Virus record (IMG/VR): IMGVR_UViG_3300032246_001270
Source: a virus
Direction: 5' to 3' (one strand)
Length of the DNA stretch: 64,000 nt
How positions within the stretch are numbered: position 1 is the stretch's first letter; every line of letters starts with the position of its first letter. This document shows positions 11,701-20,732 of this stretch, piece by piece. A program made the translations under genes and the position numbers. Under the pieces are notes generated by a model that made no database searches, was not told where the DNA came from, and saw nothing but the letters and a program-made list of their open reading frames with translations.

Positions 11701-14700
11701 TGAACCCGATGTGCCCCCACTACCGGATGTACCACCACTTCCTGATGAGCCACTTGTACCGCTTGTGCCAGAAGTTCCCGATGTGGCGCTAGTACCAGAA
11801 GTTCCCGATGAACCACCACTTCCTGATGAGCCACTTGTTCCACTACTACCAGCAGAACCAGTTGAACCCGATGTGCCAGAAGTTCCTGATGTGCCAGAAG
11901 TTCCCGATGAGCCTGATGAACCACTACTTCCCGATGTGCCAGATGAACCACCACTTCCTGATGAACCTGAAGTTCCTGAAGTACCACTTGTGCCACTTGT
12001 GCCACTTGTGCCACTTGTGCCACTACTTCCACTACTTCCGGATGTTCCCGATGACCCGCTACTTCCTGATGAACCAGACGTTCCCGATGTGCCGCTTGTG
12101 CCAGAAGTTCCTGATGAACCAGATGACCCAGATGACCCAGATGAACCTGATGTACCATGTGAACCAGTTGTTCCCGATGTGCCACTACTTCCCGATGAAC
12201 CACTACTACCACTACTACCGCTTGTGCCAGACGTTCCTGATGTACCGCTTGTGCCAGAAGTTCCTGATGTACCACTTGAGCCACTACTTCCAGAAGACCC
12301 ACTACTACCACTACTTCCAGAAGACCCAGATGAACCAGCAGTTCCCGATGAACCAGTTGAACCACTACTTCCAGCAGTTCCTGATGACCCAGATGTACCA
12401 CTACTTCCAGAAGACCCAGATGAACCAGCAGTTCCCGATGAACCACTACTTCCACTACTTCCAGAAGTTCCTGATGAACCAGCTGAACCATCTTTACCAG
12501 AAGTTCCTGATGAACCCTGTGCAGCTGCTATATTTCTTCTTTCTAATTTTTTAGTTATACTATTCCAAACTACAACATCCTCAGATGAACCAGATGCTAA
12601 TGAATTTAAATACAACGAACTATTTGCAATTATACTACCACTAACACCTAAGCTACCACTAACAGTTAAATTAGCGTTAATACTACTATCTTTATTTACT
12701 TGTAAGAATGATGCCGTATTTACTCCTTCAGCGTTTAGAGCGTACAATGCGTATGATGCGGTATATGCTAAAGAAGCCGTACCAACAAACATTGATGCAG
12801 TTTGAGAATTTAAAACAAAATTTGCAGTGTCTACATTTGATGCATTTTGTGCAAATAATGCGTAAGATGCGGTTTGTGCAAATGATGATGATAATACTGT
12901 CATCGATGATGTTGCACTATTTCTAACGTAATCAGTTAAATCTAATCCATTTAAATTTGCAATATAAGATGCTGTTAGTGCATAAGATGATGAAACTGCT
13001 CTACCAACACTCATTGATGCGGTTTGGTCACTTCTAATATAAGCTGATGCATTTGATAATGATGCAGATAATGAAGAAAGTGATGCTGAATCAAATCCAG
13101 TTACTGCATCCGCAAATCCTGCTTTTCTAGCATATGATGAAGAAAGAACTTCACCAAATACTCTATTACCATCAATTGTACCTTTAATCAAAGAACCTCC
13201 ACTACCAATCACAGCGTGTCCAGAAGTTAATCCAGCAAATTTAATATTAATAGTATTTGAATCTATTGATTTAATTGAGCTTGGTAATATTTGGTCTTCA
13301 GAACCAGTTGCGTATATTTGAACCATTGGATACAAAATATCCAAATTATGTACAATCGTCAAATCACTAACACCATTAAATGCTACAGTTTCACTTAATG
13401 AATATTCAGGCTGCGGAACAAAATATCCTTGAGTTGGATTATATCTTAAAATATCATATTGAGCAGATGCAGTAGGTCCTACTCCTTGGAAATTATATGT
13501 ACCTAAGAATGAACCTGTGAATAATTGTGCTTTAACAATACCACTTGAAGTTACATCACTCAATCTTGCTCTTTGTGATACATAAAGTTCACCCCAAACA
13601 AATGAAGATGTATTAATTACAAATCCTTTATCAGGAGAAATTGATGCGGTTACAGAACCACTCTTAATTACATATGTTTCAAATGCTAAGTTAGCAATAT
13701 TAATATTATATAATCCACTACCATCACCATAGAATGCTGAGCCACTACCTATCAATCTAATATCACTTCCAGTTACTATAATACCACCACTTACAATTAA
13801 TGACCCAGATTGTATTGATACAGAACCAGATGTTACTGTTGTTTGTTTGTTTATTACTAATCCTAAGTTTGGTGAAATTTGAGCTTGTGCTGAACCAGAT
13901 ATAATTCTATCTAATTTCAAATCTTGCAATGCGTTAGCAGGAATGTTGAATAATCCACCACCATCACCAATATAAAGTGCCGCTGTTACAGGTACATTTA
14001 TTTTTAATTTATCTGGGTCTATAATTGCTGCTGCCGAACCAGATTGAATTCTATCTACTTTCAAATCCTTAAGTGCTGATGCTGGGATATTAAATAATCC
14101 ACCACCATCTCCTTCAAATAAAGATGAAGATATAGAACCACTCACACTTACAGAACCAGTAAATTCAGAACCATAGTATCCACCAGATACAGCGTTTGTA
14201 ATTACTTGGAATACTCTACCACTTGCCACCGAACCAGTTGCTGAACCACTTGCGATTAATGGAGCTGCTGCCGCTTGTACATTAGTAATAAATCTACCAT
14301 CACCATATAAAAATGTACTTGCTCTAATAGAACCACTTACTTCTATTGAACCAGTAAACTGCGAACCAATAGCTGAACCAGTTTCGTTTGTTGTTACTAT
14401 GAATTTTTTACCACTTGCTACCGAACCAGTTGCCGAACCGCTTGATATTAATGGAGATGCTGCCGCTTGTACATTTGTAATCTGAGAACCATCCCCTATT
14501 AAATAAAATGCCTTTAAACTTCCACTTATTTCAACACTTCCAGTAAATTCAGAACCAATTTGAGAACCAGTTGCTCCAGTTGTTACTATGAATGTATTAC
14601 CACTAGCTACCGAAGCCGTTGCCGAACCACTTGCGATTAACGGAGCTGCTGCAGCTTGTACATTTGTGATATATCTACCATCACCAAATATAAAATCATT

Positions 14701-17700
14701 TACAATTATAGAACCACTAATAGCAACACTACCAGTAAATCTAGAGCCAATTTCAGAACCAGTCTTAGAAGTTATTACTTTAAACCCTTCATCAGGATTT
14801 ACTGATGCGGTTACTGAACCTGATGTTATTTTATAAGGTGAGAATGATAATGCCGATTCAGGTATATTAAATAATCCTTCACCACTACCACTAAAATAAC
14901 CAGACCCAGAAGGTATAGTTACACTACCAGTTATTAAAATAGAACCAGTAAATACAGAACCACTATCTGCTGATAAAACTCTAAATCCATAATCAGGAGA
15001 TACAGATGCCGTTACTGAACCTGATTTAATTTCGGTTGATACTAATGCATCTTCAGTTAATGCTGAACGAGGTATTCTTCTTAAGTACGTTCCCTCAGCG
15101 TAAATAAATGATGATGAATCAATTTGAACACTACCACTAAATGCAGAACCACTCTCAAATGCTAATACTCTAAATCCATAATCAGGTGCTACAGATGCTG
15201 TAACACTACCACTAGCAATTAATGTTGCGGTTAAAGCAGGTATGTTTATTAATTTAGAACCATCGCCTATAAAGAATGATGCTGATATACTACCACTTAC
15301 AAAAATACTACCTGTAAATTGTGAGCCACTATCTGCTGATTGTACTCTAAATCCATAATCAGGTGTTACAGATGCGGTTACACTACCACTAGCTACTCTA
15401 AATACTTCTGATGATAAAGCTGAACGAGGTATATTAAATAATCCCTCACCACTACCAGTAAATGCTGAAGCCGATACAGTTGTATTTACTACAAATCCTT
15501 TATCAGGTGAAATTGATGCCGTTGCTGACCCACTAAATATTTTTGTTGAATCTATTGAAAGATTTGCTAAAGTTATATTTCTTAATTGAGAACCATCACC
15601 TACAAAATAAGAACCTGTTTCAGCGTAAACACTACCACTAACTCTTACACTACCACTTAAAGTTGAAAATGTATTTACTACAAATCCATAATCAGGTGTA
15701 ATTGATGCGGTAACTGAACCACTAGCAATTCTATTAATTTTAAATGATAATGCAGATTCAGGAATATCAGATAAACCGGCACCACTACCACTAAAATAAG
15801 AACCAGTAGCTACTCTAATATATCCACCTGTCACAAATAATGAACCTGTGAATTGCGAACCACTTACTACTGATATTACTTTAAATCCATAAGTAGGTGA
15901 TACTGATGCGGTAACTGAACCGGATAATATTTCAGTTGATGTAAGTGCATCCTGATTTAAAGCTGAACGAGGTATATCAGATAATCCTGCACCACTACCA
16001 CTAAAATATGAACCGCTTGCTACTCTAACATATCCACCAGTTACAAAAAGAGAACCAGTAAATTGAGAACCACTTGCTGCAGATTCTACTTTGAATCCAT
16101 AAGTAGGCGCTACCGATGCAGTTACAGAACCGGATGTTATTTTTGCGCTTTCAGCTGCTGGTACATTTGTTAATCTACTACCATCACCTACAAATCCATC
16201 AGCAATAACCGAACCCGTAACTTTTATTGAACCAGTAAATTGAGAACCACTAATAACTGATGTTACAACAAATCCATTAGTAGGACTAACTGATGCAGTT
16301 ACACTACCACTAGCTATTAATGTTGCCGTTAAAGCGGGAATATTAAATAATTTACTACCATCTCCTATAAAGAAAGATGCTGATACACTACCACTTACTT
16401 TTAAACTTCCAGTAAATTGTGAACCACTTAAACCAGATTCTACTTTAAATCCATAAACAGGACTAACAGATGCAGTTACACTACCACTTGCTATAAATGT
16501 AGATAATAATGCTTCATCATTTAAAGCTGAACGAGGTATATTTCTTAAATAAGTACCTTCACCATAATAAGCAGAAGATGATTCTAATACTAATGCTCCA
16601 CTTATTGCAGATACAGTTAAACTTCCAGATATTTTTACACTACCAGTTAATTCAGAACCACTAGTAGCGGATAAAACTTTAAATCCATAAACAGGACTAA
16701 CAGATGCAGTTACACTACCACTAGCTATTGCATATGTTATTTGAGGAGGTACGTTTAAATTTGTTAATCTACTACCATCACCTTGAAACGAACCACTAAA
16801 TGAACCACTAGCTTCTTTCAATAATACAGAGCCAGATAATACAGTTAAAGAACCACTAATACTAACACTACCACTAAATTGAGAACCACTTCCTAATGAT
16901 TCTACTTTAAATCCAAATTGTGGAGTTACAGATGCAGTTATACTTCCAGTTACTAATCTATATACTTCAGATGATAGTGCTGATTGTGGAATATCAAATA
17001 ATCCTCTACCAGAACCAGAATACATAGATGCCGTTACATTTCCAATTACAGAAGTTTCTCCTATAAGTTTAATTTGTGCCGGTTTATATAATGTAGTAAC
17101 TACATTAATTGTTCCAGCCATTGTGGAATGAAACTGACAATTATAATAAAGAACATCGGGTGCACTTTGAGGTACAGTAAATGTAATTACACCACTATCA
17201 ATACCATTATTAGTAATACCAGTACCATATGCATTTGAAGTACCAGTTGAACTTGAAGTTTTTATCCAAAATGGATGTCCTGTTGCATTTACATTAAATG
17301 TATATGTTAATCCTCTTACTAAAGTTAAATTTGCATTTGATTCATTATTAATAAGATAATATTGCGTAGCTATATTGCCTACATTGAATACCGTATTTAT
17401 TGAAGCTGTTGGTATTTCTATATTAGAAGAAGATACTATTAAACTACCACTTAAAGTTGAAAATGTATTTACTACAAATCCATTATCAGGCGCAATTGAT
17501 GCCGTTGCTGACCCACTAGCAATTCTATTAATTTTAAATGCCAAAGCAGATTCAGGAATATTAATCAATCCCTCACCACTACCACTAAAGAAAGATGCTC
17601 CAGATACTGCATTTATTACACCATAAAAATATGAACCGCTTTTTGATGTTACTACAAATCCATTATCAGGACTTACAGAAGCAGTTACACTACCACTAAA

Positions 17701-20664
17701 TATTTTTGTTGCATCTATTGCTAAATTTGCTAAAGTTATATTACTCAAATATCTACCATCACCAACAAAGAAAGAACCACTATCAACTTTAACGCTTCCA
17801 CTAACACCAACACTACCACTTATTATTACACTTCCACTAAATTGAGAACCAAATTGAGAAGATTCAACTTTAAATCCATAATCAGGTGATACAGATGCGG
17901 TTACAGAACCACTAGATATTTTGTATGGAGAAAATGCTAATGCTGATTCAGGTATATCGTATAATAATTTACCACTACCACTAAATGAGCCGGATACTAA
18001 ATAAACACCTGCTCCACTTATAAATAAAGAACCAGTGAATTGAGAACCGCTATATAAAGATTCAACTTTAAATCCACTATTAGGAGATACAGATGCCGTT
18101 ACACTACCACTAGAAATTCTAGTTGCTTGAACTAATTGTTCTGCTAATGCTGATAATGGAATATTAAATAATCCTTCACCACTACCACTAAAATATCCAG
18201 ACCCAGAAGGAATTGTTATATTTCCACTAACTAATAAACTACCGCTAAATGTTGAACCAAAATCTAATGATTCTACTTTAAATCCATAATCAGGACTAAC
18301 AGATGCCGTTACACTTCCACTTACAATTTGTGTTGATACTAACGCATCAGGAGTTAATGCTGAACGAGGTATATTTCTTAAATAAGTACCTTCTCCATAG
18401 TATGCTGATGATGATTCTAATATTAATGCTCCGCTTGTTGCAGTTACAGTTAAACTTCCAGTAATATTTACACTACCTGTAAATTGAGAACCACTATCAA
18501 TAGATTCAATTTTAAACCCATAAACAGGACTAACCGATGCAGTTACACTACCACTTGCTAATTTTTTTGCTTGAGGTAAATCAGTTAAACCAGCACCACT
18601 ACCACTAAATATGGATGCAGAAATACCATTTTGGAATACAGAAGTTCCGTAAACATATAAGCTTGAACTTAATGTAACTAAAGAGCCACTTAATTTTAAA
18701 CTTCCACTAATTTGTGAACCACTATCCGGTGATATTACTCTAAATCCATAATCAGGACTAACAGATGCCGTTACACTTCCGGTTGCTATTTGAGGAGATA
18801 CTACTGATGGTACATTTGTTAATCTACTACCATCACCAATAAAAGCAAATGCGTTTACACTTCCACTTACATCAACACTACCTGTAAATTGTGAACCATA
18901 TTGAGAACCTGTTCTATCAGTTATTACTTTAAATCCATAAGAAGGGTCAACCGATGCAGTTATACTACCACTTTGTATTAAAGTTGAAATAAGTGCATCA
19001 GGAGTTAATGCTGATTTTGGAATATTTCTTAAATAAGTACCTTCTCCATAATATACTGATGATGATTCTAATATTAATGAACCACTTGTAGTATCTATTC
19101 TTAAACTACCGCTAATACTAACGCTTCCAGTAAATTGAGAACCACTATTTAAAGATTCAACTCTAAATCCAAAATCAGGACTTGTAGATGCGGTTACACT
19201 ACCACTTGCTATTCTATAAGCATCTCCAGAAAATGCTGAACGAGGAATATTAAATAATCCATAACCATCACCCTGATATGAACCAGAAAAAGATGCTGTT
19301 ATTTCTAAAGCGTTTATTGCTCCAGAAACTATTAATGAACCGGTTACATTTACACTACCTGTAAATTGAGAACCACTTGCTATTGATTCAACTTTAAATC
19401 CAAAATCAGGAGTTGTTGAAGCCGTTACACTACCACTAGCTATTCTATAAGCATCACCACTAAATGCTGAACGAGGAATATTAAATAATCCACCACCATC
19501 TCCAGTAAATGAACCTGATATAGAACCTGTAACTTGTTCTACTTTTAATGAACCAGTTATTATTACAGACCCAGTTACAAACAATGAACTTGTAACTTCA
19601 ACACTTCCACTTATAAATTGAGAACCACTAAAAAAGTTTGAACCAGTTGTTGCAAATGTTGATGATTCTCTACCATCAAATAAATTTGTATTTTCTGCTT
19701 GAGATGCAGAACCATAAAAATTAAACGCAGTTATACTACCAGTAACTTCAACTGAACCGGTAATAAAAATACTACCAGTAAATGTAGAACCACTATCAGG
19801 AGAAAATACAACTAATCCAAAATTAGGAGATATGGATGCCGTTACACTACCACTAGCAATTCTAGGTGCTACTGTTGATGGTACGTTTCTTAATTGAGAA
19901 CCATCCCCAATAAAAAATCCATCATCAGATAATCTTATACTACCACTTACATTAATACTTCCTGTAAATTGAGAACCACTATCTAAGGATTGTACTTTAA
20001 ATCCATAATCAGGAGATACAGATGCTGTTACACTACCTGTTGCTAATTTTGTTGCTACTGGTAAATTAAACAAGTCTCTACCATCTCCAAAAAATGAACC
20101 AGTAAATGAACCTGTAAAAGATGAACCCGTTACATTGTTTCCAATAAATTCACTTTGTATTCTTACAGAACCTGTAAATTGCTGTATATCTTCATTTTGA
20201 TGTCCAAATATATTTGAACCAGAAGAATAAATTATAGACGATGAAACTATATTAACAATAAGTTGGTCAGCTACAATTGATTTAGAAACATATAAATTTC
20301 CAGCAATTGTTGTATCAACATTTATTTGTAATCCTTTATTTGGAGAAATTGATGCAGTTGCACTACCACTTGCTATTTGAGGAGTTACATCAGCTTTTAC
20401 ACCTGTTATTCTACTACCATCTCCCTGAAATGAGCCTGAAAAAGACCCACTAAACTCTTCTAAAAATAATTTTTTTGCAAATCCTCTATTTCCCTGGTCA
20501 TCAGAAACTACTATGGCTGGATTTGTTAATAGGGAGGCTGAAAAGTTGGGAACACCTAAATTTGGTTCGGCTTGAGATAAATCAAGGAACTCATACCTGT
20601 CAGATGTTACATTTTTCGGGCTTACAACCCTTACCCTTCCTGTTAATAGATTACTTATTGCCAT
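8761..20664 (-). CDS. Giant fibre protein (3967 aa): ~31 beta-rich repeats, cupredoxin-like insert, ~1100-aa Gly-X-Y tract, C-terminal adhesin-adaptor domain
   Basis: Single open frame. Repeat consensus IASGSVTASVSPxYGFxV..SGSQFTGS..F.GDG.GLxNIP. N-terminus LTGRV..DRYEFLDLSQAEPNLG resembles T4-like cyanophage structural proteins. C-terminus TLDLTTGNNF..LTWPVSVKWAGGTAP is typical of fibre tips. Confidence 0.85.
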   Translation of the reverse strand: MAISNLLTGRVRVVSPKNVTSDRYEFLDLSQAEPNLGVPNFSASLLTNPAIVVSDDQGNRGFAKKLFLEEFSGSFSGSFQGDGSRITGVKADVTPQIASGSATASISPNKGLQINVDTTIAGNLYVSKSIVADQLIVNIVSSSIIYSSGSNIFGHQNEDIQQFTGSVRIQSEFIGNNVTGSSFTGSFTGSFFGDGRDLFNLPVATKLATGSVTASVSPDYGFKVQSLDSGSQFTGSINVSGSIRLSDDGFFIGDGSQLRNVPSTVAPRIASGSVTASISPNFGLVVFSPDSGSTFTGSIFITGSVEVTGSITAFNFYGSASQAENTNLFDGRESSTFATTGSNFFSGSQFISGSVEVTSSLFVTGSVIITGSLKVEQVTGSISGSFTGDGGGLFNIPRSAFSGDAYRIASGSVTASTTPDFGFKVESIASGSQFTGSVNVTGSLIVSGAINALEITASFSGSYQGDGYGLFNIPRSAFSGDAYRIASGSVTASTSPDFGFRVESLNSGSQFTGSVSISGSLRIDTTSGSLILESSSVYYGEGTYLRNIPKSALTPDALISTLIQSGSITASVDPSYGFKVITDRTGSQYGSQFTGSVDVSGSVNAFAFIGDGSRLTNVPSVVSPQIATGSVTASVSPDYGFRVISPDSGSQISGSLKLSGSLVTLSSSLYVYGTSVFQNGISASIFSGSGAGLTDLPQAKKLASGSVTASVSPVYGFKIESIDSGSQFTGSVNITGSLTVTATSGALILESSSAYYGEGTYLRNIPRSALTPDALVSTQIVSGSVTASVSPDYGFKVESLDFGSTFSGSLLVSGNITIPSGSGYFSGSGEGLFNIPLSALAEQLVQATRISSGSVTASVSPNSGFKVESLYSGSQFTGSLFISGAGVYLVSGSFSGSGKLLYDIPESALAFSPYKISSGSVTASVSPDYGFKVESSQFGSQFSGSVIISGSVGVSGSVKVDSGSFFVGDGRYLSNITLANLAIDATKIFSGSVTASVSPDNGFVVTSKSGSYFYGVINAVSGASFFSGSGEGLINIPESALAFKINRIASGSATASIAPDNGFVVNTFSTLSGSLIVSSSNIEIPTASINTVFNVGNIATQYYLINNESNANLTLVRGLTYTFNVNATGHPFWIKTSSSTGTSNAYGTGITNNGIDSGVITFTVPQSAPDVLYYNCQFHSTMAGTINVVTTLYKPAQIKLIGETSVIGNVTASMYSGSGRGLFDIPQSALSSEVYRLVTGSITASVTPQFGFKVESLGSGSQFSGSVSISGSLTVLSGSVLLKEASGSFSGSFQGDGSRLTNLNVPPQITYAIASGSVTASVSPVYGFKVLSATSGSELTGSVKISGSLTVSAISGALVLESSSAYYGEGTYLRNIPRSALNDEALLSTFIASGSVTASVSPVYGFKVESGLSGSQFTGSLKVSGSVSASFFIGDGSKLFNIPALTATLIASGSVTASVSPTNGFVVTSVISGSQFTGSIKVTGSVIADGFVGDGSRLTNVPAAESAKITSGSVTASVAPTYGFKVESAASGSQFTGSLFVTGGYVRVASGSYFSGSGAGLSDIPRSALNQDALTSTEILSGSVTASVSPTYGFKVISVVSGSQFTGSLFVTGGYIRVATGSYFSGSGAGLSDIPESALSFKINRIASGSVTASITPDYGFVVNTFSTLSGSVRVSGSVYAETGSYFVGDGSQLRNITLANLSIDSTKIFSGSATASISPDKGFVVNTTVSASAFTGSGEGLFNIPRSALSSEVFRVASGSVTASVTPDYGFRVQSADSGSQFTGSIFVSGSISASFFIGDGSKLINIPALTATLIASGSVTASVAPDYGFRVLAFESGSAFSGSVQIDSSSFIYAEGTYLRRIPRSALTEDALVSTEIKSGSVTASVSPDYGFRVLSADSGSVFTGSILITGSVTIPSGSGYFSGSGEGLFNIPESALSFSPYKITSGSVTASVNPDEGFKVITSKTGSEIGSRFTGSVAISGSIIVNDFIFGDGRYITNVQAAAAPLIASGSATASVASGNTFIVTTGATGSQIGSEFTGSVEISGSLKAFYLIGDGSQITNVQAAASPLISSGSATGSVASGKKFIVTTNETGSAIGSQFTGSIEVSGSIRASTFLYGDGRFITNVQAAAAPLIASGSATGSVASGRVFQVITNAVSGGYYGSEFTGSVSVSGSISSSLFEGDGGGLFNIPASALKDLKVDRIQSGSAAAIIDPDKLKINVPVTAALYIGDGGGLFNIPANALQDLKLDRIISGSAQAQISPNLGLVINKQTTVTSGSVSIQSGSLIVSGGIIVTGSDIRLIGSGSAFYGDGSGLYNINIANLAFETYVIKSGSVTASISPDKGFVINTSSFVWGELYVSQRARLSDVTSSGIVKAQLFTGSFLGTYNFQGVGPTASAQYDILRYNPTQGYFVPQPEYSLSETVAFNGVSDLTIVHNLDILYPMVQIYATGSEDQILPSSIKSIDSNTINIKFAGLTSGHAVIGSGGSLIKGTIDGNRVFGEVLSSSYARKAGFADAVTGFDSASLSSLSASLSNASAYIRSDQTASMSVGRAVSSSYALTASYIANLNGLDLTDYVRNSATSSMTVLSSSFAQTASYALFAQNASNVDTANFVLNSQTASMFVGTASLAYTASYALYALNAEGVNTASFLQVNKDSSINANLTVSGSLGVSGSIIANSSLYLNSLASGSSEDVVVWNSITKKLERRNIAAAQGSSGTSGKDGSAGSSGTSGSSGSSGSSGTAGSSGSSGSSGTSGSSGTAGSSGSTGSSGTAGSSGSSGSSGSSGSSGSSGSSGTSGTSGTSGTSGTSGTSGSSGSSGSSGSSGTSGTTGSHGTSGSSGSSGSSGSSGTSGTSGTSGTSGSSGSSGSSGTSGSSGSSGTSGTSGTSGTSGTSGTSGSSGSGGSSGTSGSSGSSGSSGTSGTSGTSGTSGSTGSAGSSGTSGSSGSGGSSGTSGTSATSGTSGTSGTSGSSGSGGTSGSGGTSGSSGTSGTSGSSGTSGTSGTSGTSGSAGFSGTSGTSGTSGTSGTSGTRGTSGTSGSAGLSGTSGTSGTSGTSGTSGTSGSSGSSGTSGSSGTSGSNGTSGSSGTSGTSGSSGSSGSSGSSGSSGTSGSAGSSGTSGTSGTSGSSGSSGSSGTSGTSGTSGSAGSSGSSGSSGTSGTSGTSGTSGSSGSSGSSGSSGTSGTSGSSGSSGSSGSSGTSGTSGTSGSSGTSGTSGSSGSSGSSGTSGTSGSSGTSGSSGSSGSSGTSGYDGTSGTSGTSGVSGTDGTSGTSGTSGTSGSDGTSGTSGSSGTSGTSGSSGTSGTSGSDGTSGTSGSDGTNGSAGSSGSAGSSGTSGSTGSSGTSGTSGINGTSGTSGSNGTSGSSGSTGTYGTSGTSGTSGTSGIDGTSGTSGSSGTSGSSGTSGTSGTSGTSGLDGTLFGSSGTSGTSGTSGLDGSSGTSGTSGSSGLDGTYFGSSGTSGSSGSSGSSGSTGTDGTSGTSGVSGTNGTSGTSGIDGTSGTSGIDGTSGTSGSSGSSGSSGTSGKDGTLFGSSGTSGDSGTSGTSGTSGTSGKDGSSGSSGSAGVDGTYFGSSGTSGVSGTSGSTGSSGTTGSNGTSGSGGSSGTSGTSGTSGLDGTLFGSSGTSGTSGSTGSAGSTGSSGSGGSSGSSGTSGTSGLDGTLFGSSGTSGTSGTSGSGGSSGSGGSSGTSGTSGSSGTSGKDGTLFGSSGTSGTSGTSGTSGTSGLGSSGTSGTSGIDGTLFGSSGTSGTSGTSGAGSSGSSGTNGTSGTSGKDGTLFGSSGTSGTNGTSGTSGAGTSGTSGVSGTSGTSGSLILAGTTDNGVITYVNSTASGRVNTNMTFDGSTLTTTGNVTISGATTSTIFRETYSDLGSGGSVTLDLTTGNNFKRVFTGTASISFSNPPASNAFGFTFTVVNAGAYTLTWPVSVKWAGGTAPILTSSGTDVLTFFTFTGGTLYYGFVVGKNLS
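9229..12516 (-). repeat. (Gly-Thr/Ser-Ser)n coding tract of ~1095 aa with nine DGT(L/Y)FG interruptions
   Basis: Read directly from the translation of 8761..20664. Confidence 0.95.
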
Positions 20665-20685
20665 GCGTTACTTTCCCAGCTTTGT

Positions 20686-20714
20686 TATAAATATAGAGAA
20701 TCCCTTATAAATAT
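20686..20714 (-). promoter_or_regulatory. Two tandem ATATTTATA motifs
   Basis: At 20686-20694 and 20706-20714, upstream of the 3967-aa gene. Confidence 0.55.
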
Positions 20715-20732
20715 CAATCGATGATATTATTC

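Noticed and set aside
4007-12516. Repeats as a CRISPR array or non-coding satellite
   Set aside because: No constant repeat with unique spacers; variation is largely synonymous or conservative in a continuous reading frame.
9229-12516. InaZ-type ice nucleation protein
   Set aside because: The period is 3 with Gly every third residue; the AGYGSTxT octapeptide periodicity is absent.
9222-12554. Many short HQELL/VVV (minus) and MCHYF (plus) ORFs
   Set aside because: Alternative-frame readings of the same 9-bp periodic repeat, with no independent start context or domain.
9272-12805. 1177-aa plus-strand Pro/Asp/Val/Leu ORF (also 3797..4804, 5027..6091, 46467..47018)
   Set aside because: Antisense shadow of the Gly/Thr/Ser tract. 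In this frame a stop requires a sense codon starting TA or CA (Tyr/His/Gln), which are nearly absent from the tract, so openness is automatic.
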